Of a DNA stretch of 64,000 nucleotides, positions 1 to 9,870 are shown in pieces. The stretch is from Bacillota bacterium (lineage in GTDB: Bacteria > Bacillota > Clostridia > Saccharofermentanales > DTU023), in NCBI GenBank assembly GCA_023622515.1, contig JAMNZB010000029.1:13789-77788 (forward strand). Direction: 5' to 3'. The notes under the pieces were generated by a model. The model did not search any database. It had not been told where the DNA came from and saw only the letters and a list, made by a program, of their open reading frames with translations. The translations under genes and the position numbers were made by a program. Each line of letters begins with the position of its first letter. Positions within the stretch are counted from its first letter, which is position 1.

Positions 1-2
1 GC

Positions 3-710
3 GTTAAAGGTAATTGGGCAGTCATTGATGAACAGTCCGGTCAAAAGGCCAGGGTCCATCTTTTTAGTGAAGATGGACAACGGATTTATAGTTTAAGCTT
101 TGCCCGGTCAGGCAATCCGATTAGTCTGGCCTTTACAAATGACGGTAAATTTCTGGATATTATCCTTTTGAATAGCTCGGGTAGTCGTCTGGAAACCTTG
201 CTGCGCCGTTATGATCTGGAGGGTGGCCTGATTGCCCAAAAAGCCATTGAAACCTATAATTCTCTTTTTTATTCGATCAAGCATGACCGAAACAATCATC
301 CCGTTATTCATTCCTCTAGTGAAGTATTAAAGATTGATTATGCAAAGGAGGAACTCCTGATTGAGCAAGAATTCTCATCGATTTTAGCTGTTGTCCCCCT
401 GGGCGATGAGCTTCTGGTCTTCGCCAATACACAAAGTGATGGTTTTTTCTCCATTTATGCCCTATCGGCAGAGGGGGCGCTCTCGACAAAAGTTGAAAAC
501 ATTGGTCGGGTGTCGAATGTGCAATATCAAGAGGGGATGCCGCTGGTCTACTATACGATGAATAATGTCCTGGCTACATACGATATTCGCGGGGAGAAGA
601 AGGGGGCTTCAACCGCTTTAGACGGGGAAATTTTCTCCTATGCCATTCTTGAGAAAAACCGCCTTAATGTGGTCAATTCCCATGGGGCAAGAGTGATTCA
701 GAGTCCATAA
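3..710 (+). CDS. hypothetical protein, 5-prime truncated by the window edge (beta-rich, repeat-like; function unknown)
   Basis: The frame of the listed ORF 168..710 stays open back to base 3 (VKGNWAVIDEQSGQKARVHLFSEDG...). No catalytic motif recognised. Confidence 0.6.
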   Translation, partial: VKGNWAVIDEQSGQKARVHLFSEDGQRIYSLSFARSGNPISLAFTNDGKFLDIILLNSSGSRLETLLRRYDLEGGLIAQKAIETYNSLFYSIKHDRNNHPVIHSSSEVLKIDYAKEELLIEQEFSSILAVVPLGDELLVFANTQSDGFFSIYALSAEGALSTKVENIGRVSNVQYQEGMPLVYYTMNNVLATYDIRGEKKGASTALDGEIFSYAILEKNRLNVVNSHGARVIQSP

Positions 711-2048
711 TTGCAGGTTAAGCGGATGAGAAAAGAGACAGGGCATTTTGATGTAATTATTGTCGGTGGCGGTGCAAGTGGCCTTTTTGCAGCTTTACTA
801 ACCGCTATGAAAGCGCAGGAGAGGAAGCAAGCCTGCCGTATATTAATTTTGGAAAAAGAGAAAAAACTTGCCCGAAAATTGCTGGCCAGCGGCAATGGCC
901 GGTGTAATTTAGGCAATCGTCAGGTTACTATAGATGATTATGAAACTTCAGAAAGAGGGAAGCTTGAACAAATGCTGGCCCGTGTGCCCGATTCTTTTCC
1001 CGCCATGTTTTTTAAGAACCTGGGAATTGAAATTAAAGAAGACGAGGCCGGCCGCTTGTATCCCTTATCGGAAGAAGCAGCGGCTGTTCATGCCAGTTTA
1101 ATTTCCGCCCTAGGGGCCTATCATATTGAATGGGAACTTGAGACGGAAATAGTTGAAATAGAACAGCGGCAAAAGGATTATCGCCTAAAAGATGAACATG
1201 GGGTCTGCCGGACCTGCAAAAGTGTGCTCTTTTCTCCGGGTAGCCAAGCCTCCCCCCGCTTGGGTGGAAACTCCAGTGCCAGCCGCTTGGCCCAGCACTG
1301 GTCCCTGGATTATTTCCCGGAACGGCCGGCCTTAACCGCCCTTGTTCTTTGCGATCAGAGATTTTCCAAACAAGCCTCTGGAGCCCGCTTTAAAGGTGAG
1401 GCCAGGCTCCGTTCAGGAAGGACTTTTTCCGGTGAATTTCTCTTTTCGAATTTAGGTCTTTCCGGTATTGTGGCCATGGACATCTCAACTATTCTTGGTC
1501 GGAAAGCCGGAACTTTCCAAAAGTTAAAGGGGGAAGAGTTTTTCCTCTTTCAAGAAGTTGAACCCATTGTTTTAAATTTTGTTCCCGCCCTCAACAAAGA
1601 AGGGGTCTATCGCTTCCTTTTAAGTAAATACGACTTATTGAAAGAAAAAAATCCTGAGCTCCTCAGCGCCTCCCTAATCCCTAGGAAAATTGCTCAAGCC
1701 ATTTCAAACAGGCGTCTGAAGGAAGCCAAGATGAAAAGCTATGATGAGCTTGGCGACCGGGCATTTCGAGAAGAGCTGAAAAGACTTTCCGGACTTTTTT
1801 GTTCGTATGAGCTTAGCCTTTCCGGCCTTCGTTCTTTTGATTTTGCGCAAATTGCTCGGGGAGGTATAGCCCTGTCGGCCCTGCGTAGTGATATGTCCCT
1901 GCACCGGAGAAGAGGCTTTTTTCTTGCCGGAGAAAGCCTTGATGTTGCCGGCCGTTGCGGGGGCTACAATCTCCACTTTGCCCTAGCTAGCGCCTATTTA
2001 GCGGCAGGGGGAATAGCGGATTATTTGTGGCCTCCGGGACGTCCCTAA
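711..2048 (+). CDS. NAD(P)/FAD-dependent oxidoreductase, HI0933/BaiN-like flavoprotein
   Basis: N-terminal dinucleotide-binding motif DVIIVGGGASGLFAA and a C-terminal GGYNL-type segment typical of this family. The real start is probably ATG 726 (MRKETGHFDV). Confidence 0.75.
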   Translation: MQVKRMRKETGHFDVIIVGGGASGLFAALLTAMKAQERKQACRILILEKEKKLARKLLASGNGRCNLGNRQVTIDDYETSERGKLEQMLARVPDSFPAMFFKNLGIEIKEDEAGRLYPLSEEAAAVHASLISALGAYHIEWELETEIVEIEQRQKDYRLKDEHGVCRTCKSVLFSPGSQASPRLGGNSSASRLAQHWSLDYFPERPALTALVLCDQRFSKQASGARFKGEARLRSGRTFSGEFLFSNLGLSGIVAMDISTILGRKAGTFQKLKGEEFFLFQEVEPIVLNFVPALNKEGVYRFLLSKYDLLKEKNPELLSASLIPRKIAQAISNRRLKEAKMKSYDELGDRAFREELKRLSGLFCSYELSLSGLRSFDFAQIARGGIALSALRSDMSLHRRRGFFLAGESLDVAGRCGGYNLHFALASAYLAAGGIADYLWPPGRP

Positions 2049-2050
2049 GC

Positions 2051-4021
2051 TTAAAGTCGTTTTTCCAGAATTTCCTCTGCCTTAATATATAAGTTTAGGA
2101 GTCCTTCTTGGCGAATTTGCGCCTTGCCATATTCTTCATAAAGTTCGGCGCTGCTTTCTGTCGCGAAGCGAGCTTCCAAATCACTGATTTTATCATCCAG
2201 TGAGAGTAATTCTCCTTCCATGCTACGTAGGGCCTCAGAAATTTTTGCTCGAATTTGCCTTTGAACTTGCCTGCTTTTTGTGAGAGGGGGGACGACTTTT
2301 AATCCGGGGAAGAGGGCGATGTCTTCAGCGGAAAATAGAATCTGCTCCCGGCTAGGGGCTTCTGGCTTATCCGCTGCTCCGCTTGCCTCTTCTTTTTCTT
2401 GCAGAAAGGCCCGGACAGCATTGCGGTAAGCTGCGTAGTGCGGAAACTCTCGTATTTCAGGGCCGATAAAGCCAAAGACCTTGTCGGCTATATTTTCGAT
2501 AAAGTAGCGGTCGTGGCTAACCGCAAGCACCGTTCCGGTGTATTTTTTTAGGGCCTCTTCTAAGATTTCCGAGGAAGCAATGTCCAGGTGATTGGTTGGT
2601 TCATCCAGAAAGAGCAGGTCGGGTTTTGCCTGGAGAATCATGGCGAGGGCCAGGCGAGATTTTTCTCCTCCGGACAGGACGGCCAGCTCTTTTCCCAGGT
2701 CTGTACCAAAGAAACCGTAGGAGGCTAAAATTTCCCGGGCCCGGCCGTAACTTAAATGCTCATCACGGAGCATGAGACTTTCGATGACGCTTAGATGGGA
2801 GTGGTCGAAGCGGTGACTTTGCTCAAGTTTAGCGTAGCGGAGATTCTCTACCAGCATAATTTCACCAAGCATATAGGGGTTATCTCCGCTAAGAGCTCTC
2901 AGTAAACTGGATTTTCCGCAGCCGTTGGGCCCGCAGAAGAGTATTTTCTGTCCCGCCCTTACCTCAATGCTGAAAGGCTCAAAAAGCTCGTTTTCACTAT
3001 CCGGAAAATGTACACTGAGCTCCTTGGCGGAGATTAATAAGCGATTAGCCCGCCCCGGTTCCGAGCCCTGCAGCTGGCGAAGGGAAAAGCCTTGTTCAGC
3101 AATTTTGCCCCTGCTCTTTACGGCTTTTAGCGCATCATTCAGTTTGGCCAGTTTCTTCTGCCGGCTATGGTAGGAGGAAATCTTCCGATGGGAAAGTAGG
3201 GTTTGAACAATCTCTTTTTCCCGCTCAATGCTTTTTTCTAATTTTTTTTGCTCATTGGAGAGGCGGAGTTGATTTTCGGCTTGTATTTCTTTAAAGCGCG
3301 AATAATTTCCCCGGTGGACAGTGCATTCGCCGTAATTGATCTCACAGGTCAGATTGCAAACGGCATCCAGAAAGTGTCGGTCATGAGAGACAATGATCAT
3401 AGCGGCTTTACTTTCCTTTAGCTGGTTCTCAAGCCATTCCATGGCATCAATATCAAGATGGTTTGTCGGTTCATCGAGTAAGAGCAGGTCTGAGTCACTA
3501 ATCAAAATACTGGCCAGCTCGAGTCGCATTCTTTCTCCACCGGATAAGCTGCTTCTGTTTTGTGAAAGTTTTTTGGCGTCAAGACCCAAGCCTGCTGCAG
3601 CCTGTAAAAGCCGATAAGGATAGTCCTTCGCCCCGCTGGCCTCCCATTGTGCGCTTAGCCTAGCATATTTTTGGAGTAGGCCGGCATCTTCCGGATTTTC
3701 CTGCATTTTTTCTTCAATCAGGAAAAATTCTTCGCGCATTCTTTGCCATTCAGGATGTTGGGGGATACCTCTCGTATCTGTGGTCTGGCTAAATTCCTGC
3801 TCCAGATAGGAGATAATTGTACCGCTGCTGATGTGAATCCGCGCCTCTTGGTCATCCGGTGTTTCCTTTCCGGCAATTAGTTTAAGGAGGGTTGATTTTC
3901 CTGACCCGTTATTTCCGATTAAAGCCAGCTTATCCCCCCGATCAAGGCGCAATTGCACCTCTTTTAATACAGGTTTGCCGGCAAAGGATTTAGAAAGCTT
4001 GTCCAGAATTAAAATACTCAT
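2051..4021 (-). CDS. ABC-F family ATPase (two ABC cassettes, no TM domain)
   Basis: Two Walker A motifs (GNNGSGKST, GPNGCGKSS), two LSGGE signature motifs, a charged inter-domain linker and a C-terminal coiled coil. Confidence 0.9.
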   Translation of the reverse strand: MSILILDKLSKSFAGKPVLKEVQLRLDRGDKLALIGNNGSGKSTLLKLIAGKETPDDQEARIHISSGTIISYLEQEFSQTTDTRGIPQHPEWQRMREEFFLIEEKMQENPEDAGLLQKYARLSAQWEASGAKDYPYRLLQAAAGLGLDAKKLSQNRSSLSGGERMRLELASILISDSDLLLLDEPTNHLDIDAMEWLENQLKESKAAMIIVSHDRHFLDAVCNLTCEINYGECTVHRGNYSRFKEIQAENQLRLSNEQKKLEKSIEREKEIVQTLLSHRKISSYHSRQKKLAKLNDALKAVKSRGKIAEQGFSLRQLQGSEPGRANRLLISAKELSVHFPDSENELFEPFSIEVRAGQKILFCGPNGCGKSSLLRALSGDNPYMLGEIMLVENLRYAKLEQSHRFDHSHLSVIESLMLRDEHLSYGRAREILASYGFFGTDLGKELAVLSGGEKSRLALAMILQAKPDLLFLDEPTNHLDIASSEILEEALKKYTGTVLAVSHDRYFIENIADKVFGFIGPEIREFPHYAAYRNAVRAFLQEKEEASGAADKPEAPSREQILFSAEDIALFPGLKVVPPLTKSRQVQRQIRAKISEALRSMEGELLSLDDKISDLEARFATESSAELYEEYGKAQIRQEGLLNLYIKAEEILEKRL

Positions 4022-4147
4022 GGCCTATATCTTACCATTTCTTCTTGCCAAAGAAAGTAGAAATAAAGTAGACTGTAGCCACATGGCCAATATGGAGGTG
4101 TCTATCATAATAGGGGGTCGGCTGAAAAAGATAGCGGCTCGGTCAAA

Positions 4148-4603
4148 ATGGAAGCTGAGAACGATGGACCGGCTCCGGATAAAGATTCAGATTTTGCCAG
4201 ACTGACCGATGAGGAAAAAATAGCGCTTATTGGCTGGCTGGAACAAGTAGGGGAGTCATATAGTGAGATTGCCGCGGCTTTGGATGAACTGAAATCCGGT
4301 CTTATCAGCTTTGACTTTGCGGAGAATTCTTGGCCGGATAGCGACCTATACCGGGGAGTTAAAGAGAAGATTGAAACAGCTGTTGCCAAAATCGAAAACT
4401 TCCCTCAAGAAGATTTTTCCGCAGCTAGTGAGGGGATCTTTAAGAAGGCAAAGGAGATGAACGCCTTTTTTACAGATCTTATTCGGGACTTAGCTGAGGT
4501 CTCCACTGAAGAGGCCCTTTTCTCCTTTGCGGAAAGCAGCTTGGAAGAAGCCTTGGATAAGATGCAGGGCTTTCTTGACGAATTACAAGATTTTCGCTCC
4601 TAA
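4148..4603 (+). CDS. hypothetical acidic helical protein
   Basis: 151-aa ORF rich in D/E with no TM segment or signal peptide. No family recognised. Confidence 0.5.
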   Translation: MEAENDGPAPDKDSDFARLTDEEKIALIGWLEQVGESYSEIAAALDELKSGLISFDFAENSWPDSDLYRGVKEKIETAVAKIENFPQEDFSAASEGIFKKAKEMNAFFTDLIRDLAEVSTEEALFSFAESSLEEALDKMQGFLDELQDFRS

Positions 4604-4625
4604 AGGGAGGCACAAATAAGCTGGC

Positions 4626-5261
4626 TTAGCCTAGGCCGGGAGAGTCGTTTTGGTCCGGCACGATGTAGCCTTTTGATACAGCAAAAATGGCCAGTTGAGC
4701 AATACTTTCAAAACCGGTTTTGGAAAGAATCCGGTTGATGTTGTTGCGCACGGTATTTTCTGCCAAGAAAAGGGTCTCGGATATCTCCTTGCGGCTTAAG
4801 CCTCGGCAAACTAAGCGGAGAATTTCTACTTCCCGCTCTGTCAAATCCAGCTCAGCAGCACCGGGGGCAACCTCTTCTTCGGGGAAACGGTTATAATTTT
4901 GCATGGTGGCATAGATGCTTTTTAACAAGTCTTCCTTGTTGATATTTTTATAGACAAAACTATCGGCTCCTGCCTCCTTAGCAGCATGAACAAATGACAT
5001 GTCCGGCATAGCTGTCATGAGAATGACTTTGATTTGGGGCATTTTTCTTTTTAATTTTACAGTTTCGGAAATACCAACATGGCCGTCCTCATTACAAATA
5101 TCCATCAGGACCAGGTCCGGCTTGTAAAATTCACAAAGCGGAACAACTTCAGCGGCATTTGTTGATTTTGCGACAATCTCAATATCCTCGACAAGCTCTA
5201 AGGATTCAGACAATGAGTCAAGCAAAATTTGCTGATCTTCAATTAAAATCATGCGTATCAT
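4626..5261 (-). CDS. response regulator, NarL/LuxR family (REC + LuxR-type HTH)
   Basis: REC domain with acceptor context DLVLMDI plus a conserved T and K. C-terminal LTEREVEILRLVCRGLSRKEISETLFLAENTVRNNINRIL is a LuxR-type HTH. Confidence 0.9.
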   Translation of the reverse strand: MIRMILIEDQQILLDSLSESLELVEDIEIVAKSTNAAEVVPLCEFYKPDLVLMDICNEDGHVGISETVKLKRKMPQIKVILMTAMPDMSFVHAAKEAGADSFVYKNINKEDLLKSIYATMQNYNRFPEEEVAPGAAELDLTEREVEILRLVCRGLSRKEISETLFLAENTVRNNINRILSKTGFESIAQLAIFAVSKGYIVPDQNDSPGLG

Positions 5262-5499
5262 GGTATACTCCTAAATATTCCCCATCAACAAAAGGGACTG
5301 TTTCCCTTCTGCTTCTGAATATAAATCTTTTTCGACCACTAATCAAATAGCCGGGGTACTATCCACCCAGCCCATTATAACATGTCTATGCCTCTCTTTT
5401 TCGAGCCCTCTTGCAAACAAACAGGCATTCTGTCTAATCAGATTTAATATTTCGGAAAATTACTAGTATAATGAAAACAATCACCTTGGGGGAAGTATT

Positions 5500-8277
5500 G
5501 TGAAAACAAAGCGAATGACAAAGCTAAGCCGACAACAAATAAGCAGAAAGAGAAGTCTGAAGACGGTATCTTGTGTTCTTATCCTTATCTTACTTACTCT
5601 TCTTCAGAGCGGGACAAGTTTATTTTGGACCCGTAACATTGACGCTGCAACGGCTAAAGCAGGTCAAGAGTTGGCCCCGGCAGATAAGGAAGTTCCTGTT
5701 TATTACTATGACTATCCGGGCTCCTTTTTCGGTTTGGCTTTAGCGCAAACTTTTGCCTATTCCGACCGCTTTCGCCTGGGAAGGGAATCTTCTGTTTATG
5801 GAGAAACAGTAGAAGATGCGATTTATCTTTTACCGGAAAATCAAGTGTATCCATTTTTACAAAGTTCTCTTGAGTATGATGCCAGAGATTATCGGGCTGT
5901 CTATAGAGCAGGTCTAGTTATTGCTGCTGATCCCAACAGGGTGGCATCAGACCTTAGGTCCTGGTCTGATTTTTCCTATTACATCAGAGAGCACAAGGAT
6001 ACACAAGTCGGCCTCTTTATTGAGCCGGAGTATATTCTCGCTTCTATGGGCTTAGCGGACCCTTCAGGAGAGAATAAGAGATTTTGGACAGAGAGCTTAA
6101 GTCTTGTTGCGGAAGAAAACAACCTGTCCATATTTCGTGGAGAAGATACCAATGATGCCTGGCCGCTGGAAATTATTACCGGCGGACTTGAAATAAGTTC
6201 CCTCCCGGAGGTCTTACTCTTGTGGGATTATCAAGCGGCTCAATTAAACCTTAAAATGGCAAATTCGGAATATATCTTCCATGTACCTGAAGAAGGAAGC
6301 CTGGTGCTGGAATTCGGCCTATTCGCACGGGGTGACAAGGCCAAGGCTGTTTTTGAGAAACGATTAAATGATGAAGGTCTTGACCTTCTGGCAAGAAGCT
6401 TGCTCTTTTTTGGTTACAGGCTGGAAGATGGCAGTTATCCTTATGATGAAGGAACACTTAGTAATCCGGGCTGGTATGACTCCTTCAAAGCTGTCCGTCA
6501 TGGCTACCCGCCCGCTCAGGAATATGGGCACAGGCAATTACACCTGGAAGATTATGAACAGTTTAACCGGAAACTTTTCAGGTATACTGCGGAGTTTAAA
6601 CGGGATGTGTTACAAGAAAATTCCTTTTTCCCGGCTAATGCCGAAGAAGAGAGCATATCTCTAAGTGTCTTTTTACCCATTTTCTTTATCTGGCTGGCTA
6701 TTATATTTTTCCGCTTGGATAATGCGGCGATAGCCCGGTCCATGGGTATGCTCTTGTTTTGGTTGTCTCTTGCAATAACGATGTACTTTATCCAGATGAT
6801 GTATTCGGGAAGTGAACATTTTGAAGTCTTATCTTATATCCGGTTTTTACCCTTTTTAGGTATCGTCGATGCCTGGTTTTTTACAGGGCTTAACCTGGCA
6901 AAATCCCAGGGTCTGGTAAGTAAAAATCAATCAGTTGCAGCCTTTCTCCTAAGCATCATCTACTACATAGTAGCCATTGCCTATATCTTTAATGAACTTC
7001 ACGGGCAAACTTTTACCCTAAACCCTTACCTGGAAATAACAAGATTGCAGCCCTTATTTTATGTAATGACAGTGTATGTTCTTGTCTTATGGCTACTGGG
7101 TTTTTCCCTTCTGATGAAGTGTCAGGCTACGGTATATCGGCTTAGCTCATTTATGCCGCTTTTTGCCTTTGTTATCCTTTTTATTGCCAATATCATCTAT
7201 TTCAACACCAAGGTTTCCATCACGAGCGGTGTCTTCGATTTAATGAATATTATCGGCAGCGTTATTATTTTGGAAATTTCCTTGCGTGTCCGTGTTATCC
7301 CTGCAAATATCGGCTACATTAAATTATTTCGCTATAGCCCGGTAAACCTTCGCTTGTTAAGTGATGATTTAAAAGAAGTTTATCCGCCGGAACGCGATAC
7401 CATTTCCAAAACGGATATGGCGGCTATTCGCCGAGCTATTAAAGAACAAACGAAAGGCAGGCGAAAAGGCGACAAGCGAGAAAGAAATCATCAGCAAGAA
7501 ACACCCGGCATAAAAGTGGCTAAAGAAAAGTCTAAGGGGCTGATTTATAACATAAGTCGCTTAAGTAGCGGCTTTCTCATCTGGGAAGACGATATTAGTG
7601 AAATCTTGAAATTAAAAGAAGAATTATCGGGCTTGACCTCTCTCTACGAATATCAGGGGGCCATGCTTGCACAGGAACGAAGCATAAAAAGCCAGTATTT
7701 ATCCATGCGCTATCGCAATCGGATGCTTGAAAGCCTGGAAACGAGCTTGTCCCGGCAACTTACGGAAATTAGACAAAGTTTGTATGAAATAAAGAAATCC
7801 GCAGATATGAAATTCGTGCGTCATGAGCTGGGGCGAGTCAAAATCATGGTTTCCCAGTGTAAGCGCAAGAGTAACTTGCTGGTTCGCGGAGAAGAAAAGG
7901 TTGACTTGGAAGAAGTTAAGATGATCTTAAATGAGGCCTTACAGGATGCTTCGACTTCAAATATCAAAGGTTTTGTCGTTTGCGAAGGAGGAAAAAATGT
8001 AGCCACAGATGAACTGATTCTAATTTATGACTACTTGCAATTTGTCCTGCAAAAAGCGGTAGATATAGGAAATCCCTTCCTCTTCATAACCTTGCGAAAT
8101 TCTGAAGAAGCTTTAGTTTTCCAAATTATCTTCAATGCCGGAACAAAGCTTGAAGAAAACTTTTTTGTTATGCCTGATTTTGCTAAGGATTTTGACAATG
8201 AAAAGGAACTCGTAAAGACCATTGAAGAAGATAATGGCGATTTTCATATTCGAATTTGTATAAAGGAGGGGGTCTAA
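5500..8277 (+). CDS. polytopic membrane sensor-like protein with a degenerate (His-less) HisKA_3/ATPase-like C-terminus
   Basis: Signal anchor, an extracytoplasmic domain of about 340 aa, about seven hydrophobic helices, a K/R/E-rich linker and a coiled coil. The segment RNRMLESLETSLS aligns with the H-box RNRIHDVMGQRLS of the next gene, but Leu replaces His. No N-box or G2 box visible. Confidence 0.7.
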   Translation: MKTKRMTKLSRQQISRKRSLKTVSCVLILILLTLLQSGTSLFWTRNIDAATAKAGQELAPADKEVPVYYYDYPGSFFGLALAQTFAYSDRFRLGRESSVYGETVEDAIYLLPENQVYPFLQSSLEYDARDYRAVYRAGLVIAADPNRVASDLRSWSDFSYYIREHKDTQVGLFIEPEYILASMGLADPSGENKRFWTESLSLVAEENNLSIFRGEDTNDAWPLEIITGGLEISSLPEVLLLWDYQAAQLNLKMANSEYIFHVPEEGSLVLEFGLFARGDKAKAVFEKRLNDEGLDLLARSLLFFGYRLEDGSYPYDEGTLSNPGWYDSFKAVRHGYPPAQEYGHRQLHLEDYEQFNRKLFRYTAEFKRDVLQENSFFPANAEEESISLSVFLPIFFIWLAIIFFRLDNAAIARSMGMLLFWLSLAITMYFIQMMYSGSEHFEVLSYIRFLPFLGIVDAWFFTGLNLAKSQGLVSKNQSVAAFLLSIIYYIVAIAYIFNELHGQTFTLNPYLEITRLQPLFYVMTVYVLVLWLLGFSLLMKCQATVYRLSSFMPLFAFVILFIANIIYFNTKVSITSGVFDLMNIIGSVIILEISLRVRVIPANIGYIKLFRYSPVNLRLLSDDLKEVYPPERDTISKTDMAAIRRAIKEQTKGRRKGDKRERNHQQETPGIKVAKEKSKGLIYNISRLSSGFLIWEDDISEILKLKEELSGLTSLYEYQGAMLAQERSIKSQYLSMRYRNRMLESLETSLSRQLTEIRQSLYEIKKSADMKFVRHELGRVKIMVSQCKRKSNLLVRGEEKVDLEEVKMILNEALQDASTSNIKGFVVCEGGKNVATDELILIYDYLQFVLQKAVDIGNPFLFITLRNSEEALVFQIIFNAGTKLEENFFVMPDFAKDFDNEKELVKTIEEDNGDFHIRICIKEGV

Positions 8278-9836
8278 TGCAACATTTTTATGGTATCTCT
8301 GCGGGTATCCGCCTAGCCTTACAAATCGCTTTGCTTTTGGGTATCGCCGTGCAAATGATTCTCCTCTTTATCCATGCCTTTATCCGCAAGGAGAAGAATT
8401 CGATTTATTACTTTTTAATAGAAGCAGGCGTGCTTTACTTCTTTATTGTCTTGAACCTGTCTCTGGGTCTGATACAGGTTACTGAATCAAGAAATTTGTA
8501 CTTTGAACCCTATCCTGTCTTATGGTCTATAACCTTGGCTTCTCCCGCTCTGGGTGTACCTGTTGTCTTGAAAGAAAATAGCAGAAGTGCTTCCCTGGCT
8601 GTGATTTGTTTGGCTTTCAGTTCGGCTTTTATGGAAGAACTGGCCGGTCCTTGGTATACAAACCTCATTTTTATGGCAAGTAGTATCTTGCTTGTTCGCT
8701 CTCTTTTTGAGCTGCGAGGCAATATTAGCTATATACAGGCAAACCTAAGCCGGTTTTCTATGAAACAAGCCTTTGATTCTTTTCCTGAGGGGCTGGCTAT
8801 AGGCAGGGAACACGGTAATATCAGCATTATTAACACGAAAATGAGAAAAATAATGGCTGAAAAGGGGCTTGTTCCGGATAAAAGGTCATCCGGCCTCAGG
8901 AAAGCCTTCCGCCGCATGATTCGAGAGGATAAGATTAAGAATCAAAACCGATATAGTTCAAATTTTACCCTGAGCAATGTCTTTCTTAGAAGTGAACGTA
9001 AGAAACAAGAAGAGAACAAGGGAAGAAGAGATTTGAAAAATGAGCGTCTGCAAAAAGAACAGAAGGAGCGGCCCAAACAAATTGTCTTCCGCTCTTTTGA
9101 AAGTGAAGGCAAGATTTATCGTTATACCGAAGAACCATTTTCTATTACCGGTAAAAGGTATCATCAAATTCTTTTAAGCGACATTTCCCGGGAGAGCGAA
9201 CTGATTAAACAAATTCAGGAAAAAAATAATGCTTTGGAAGAATACAATAAGCAGCTGGAAGTGATGCTATCCAATATTGAAGAAATTGAGTTGGATAAAG
9301 AAACCCGCCGGATGCGCAATAGAATCCATGATGTCATGGGACAACGTTTATCGATTATCCACTCCAGCCTACAACAGATGGATCGGGAGAAAGAAGTCCC
9401 CTTGGATGACTTGCTGAACCTGCTTGAAGATATGATGAGTGATTTGAATGAAGCCGACCAGTTTAACCCTCTGCATCGCTTTGAAAATATCAAGAGTACT
9501 GCAGATATCGTGGGTACAAAATTAATCCGTGAGGGAAAGATTTTTCAAGATAAAGATATTGCTGCTGTTTCCTTACAAATTCTGCGAGAAGCTGTTACGA
9601 ATGCGATTCGTCATGGGCAGGCAGAGGAAATCATAGCCAGTTTTGAGGAAGATGATACCGGCTACTCGCTAACTATTGCAAATAACGGGAAAATTCCTTC
9701 ACAAAAGCTAAGCGAGGGCGAGGGAATCAGTGGTATGAGGCAAAAGCTGGAGCCTTTCTCCGGTGAACTCAAAATTAGCTCCCAAGATGTTTTTACAGTC
9801 CATATCCATATCCCGAAAAAACAGGATAAGATATAG
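8277..9836 (+). CDS. sensor histidine kinase, HisKA_3 type, about 5 TM helices
   Basis: H-box RNRIHDVMGQRLS, N-box LREAVTNAIRHG, G1 ANNGK and G2 GEGISGMRQ. ATG 8277 overlaps the upstream stop (TAATG) and is preceded by AAGGAGG. The ORF track start 8256 is less likely. Confidence 0.9.
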   Translation: MQHFYGISAGIRLALQIALLLGIAVQMILLFIHAFIRKEKNSIYYFLIEAGVLYFFIVLNLSLGLIQVTESRNLYFEPYPVLWSITLASPALGVPVVLKENSRSASLAVICLAFSSAFMEELAGPWYTNLIFMASSILLVRSLFELRGNISYIQANLSRFSMKQAFDSFPEGLAIGREHGNISIINTKMRKIMAEKGLVPDKRSSGLRKAFRRMIREDKIKNQNRYSSNFTLSNVFLRSERKKQEENKGRRDLKNERLQKEQKERPKQIVFRSFESEGKIYRYTEEPFSITGKRYHQILLSDISRESELIKQIQEKNNALEEYNKQLEVMLSNIEEIELDKETRRMRNRIHDVMGQRLSIIHSSLQQMDREKEVPLDDLLNLLEDMMSDLNEADQFNPLHRFENIKSTADIVGTKLIREGKIFQDKDIAAVSLQILREAVTNAIRHGQAEEIIASFEEDDTGYSLTIANNGKIPSQKLSEGEGISGMRQKLEPFSGELKISSQDVFTVHIHIPKKQDKI

Positions 9837-9870
9837 GCGTATGGTATAGCGGACCTTAGCTTTCACAAAA

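Noticed and set aside
2051-4021. ABC-F protein as a possible antibiotic-resistance (ARE) ribosomal protection factor
   Set aside because: Domain order and linker length are compatible with housekeeping ABC-F proteins. Subfamily assignment needs a phylogeny or HMM that I cannot run.
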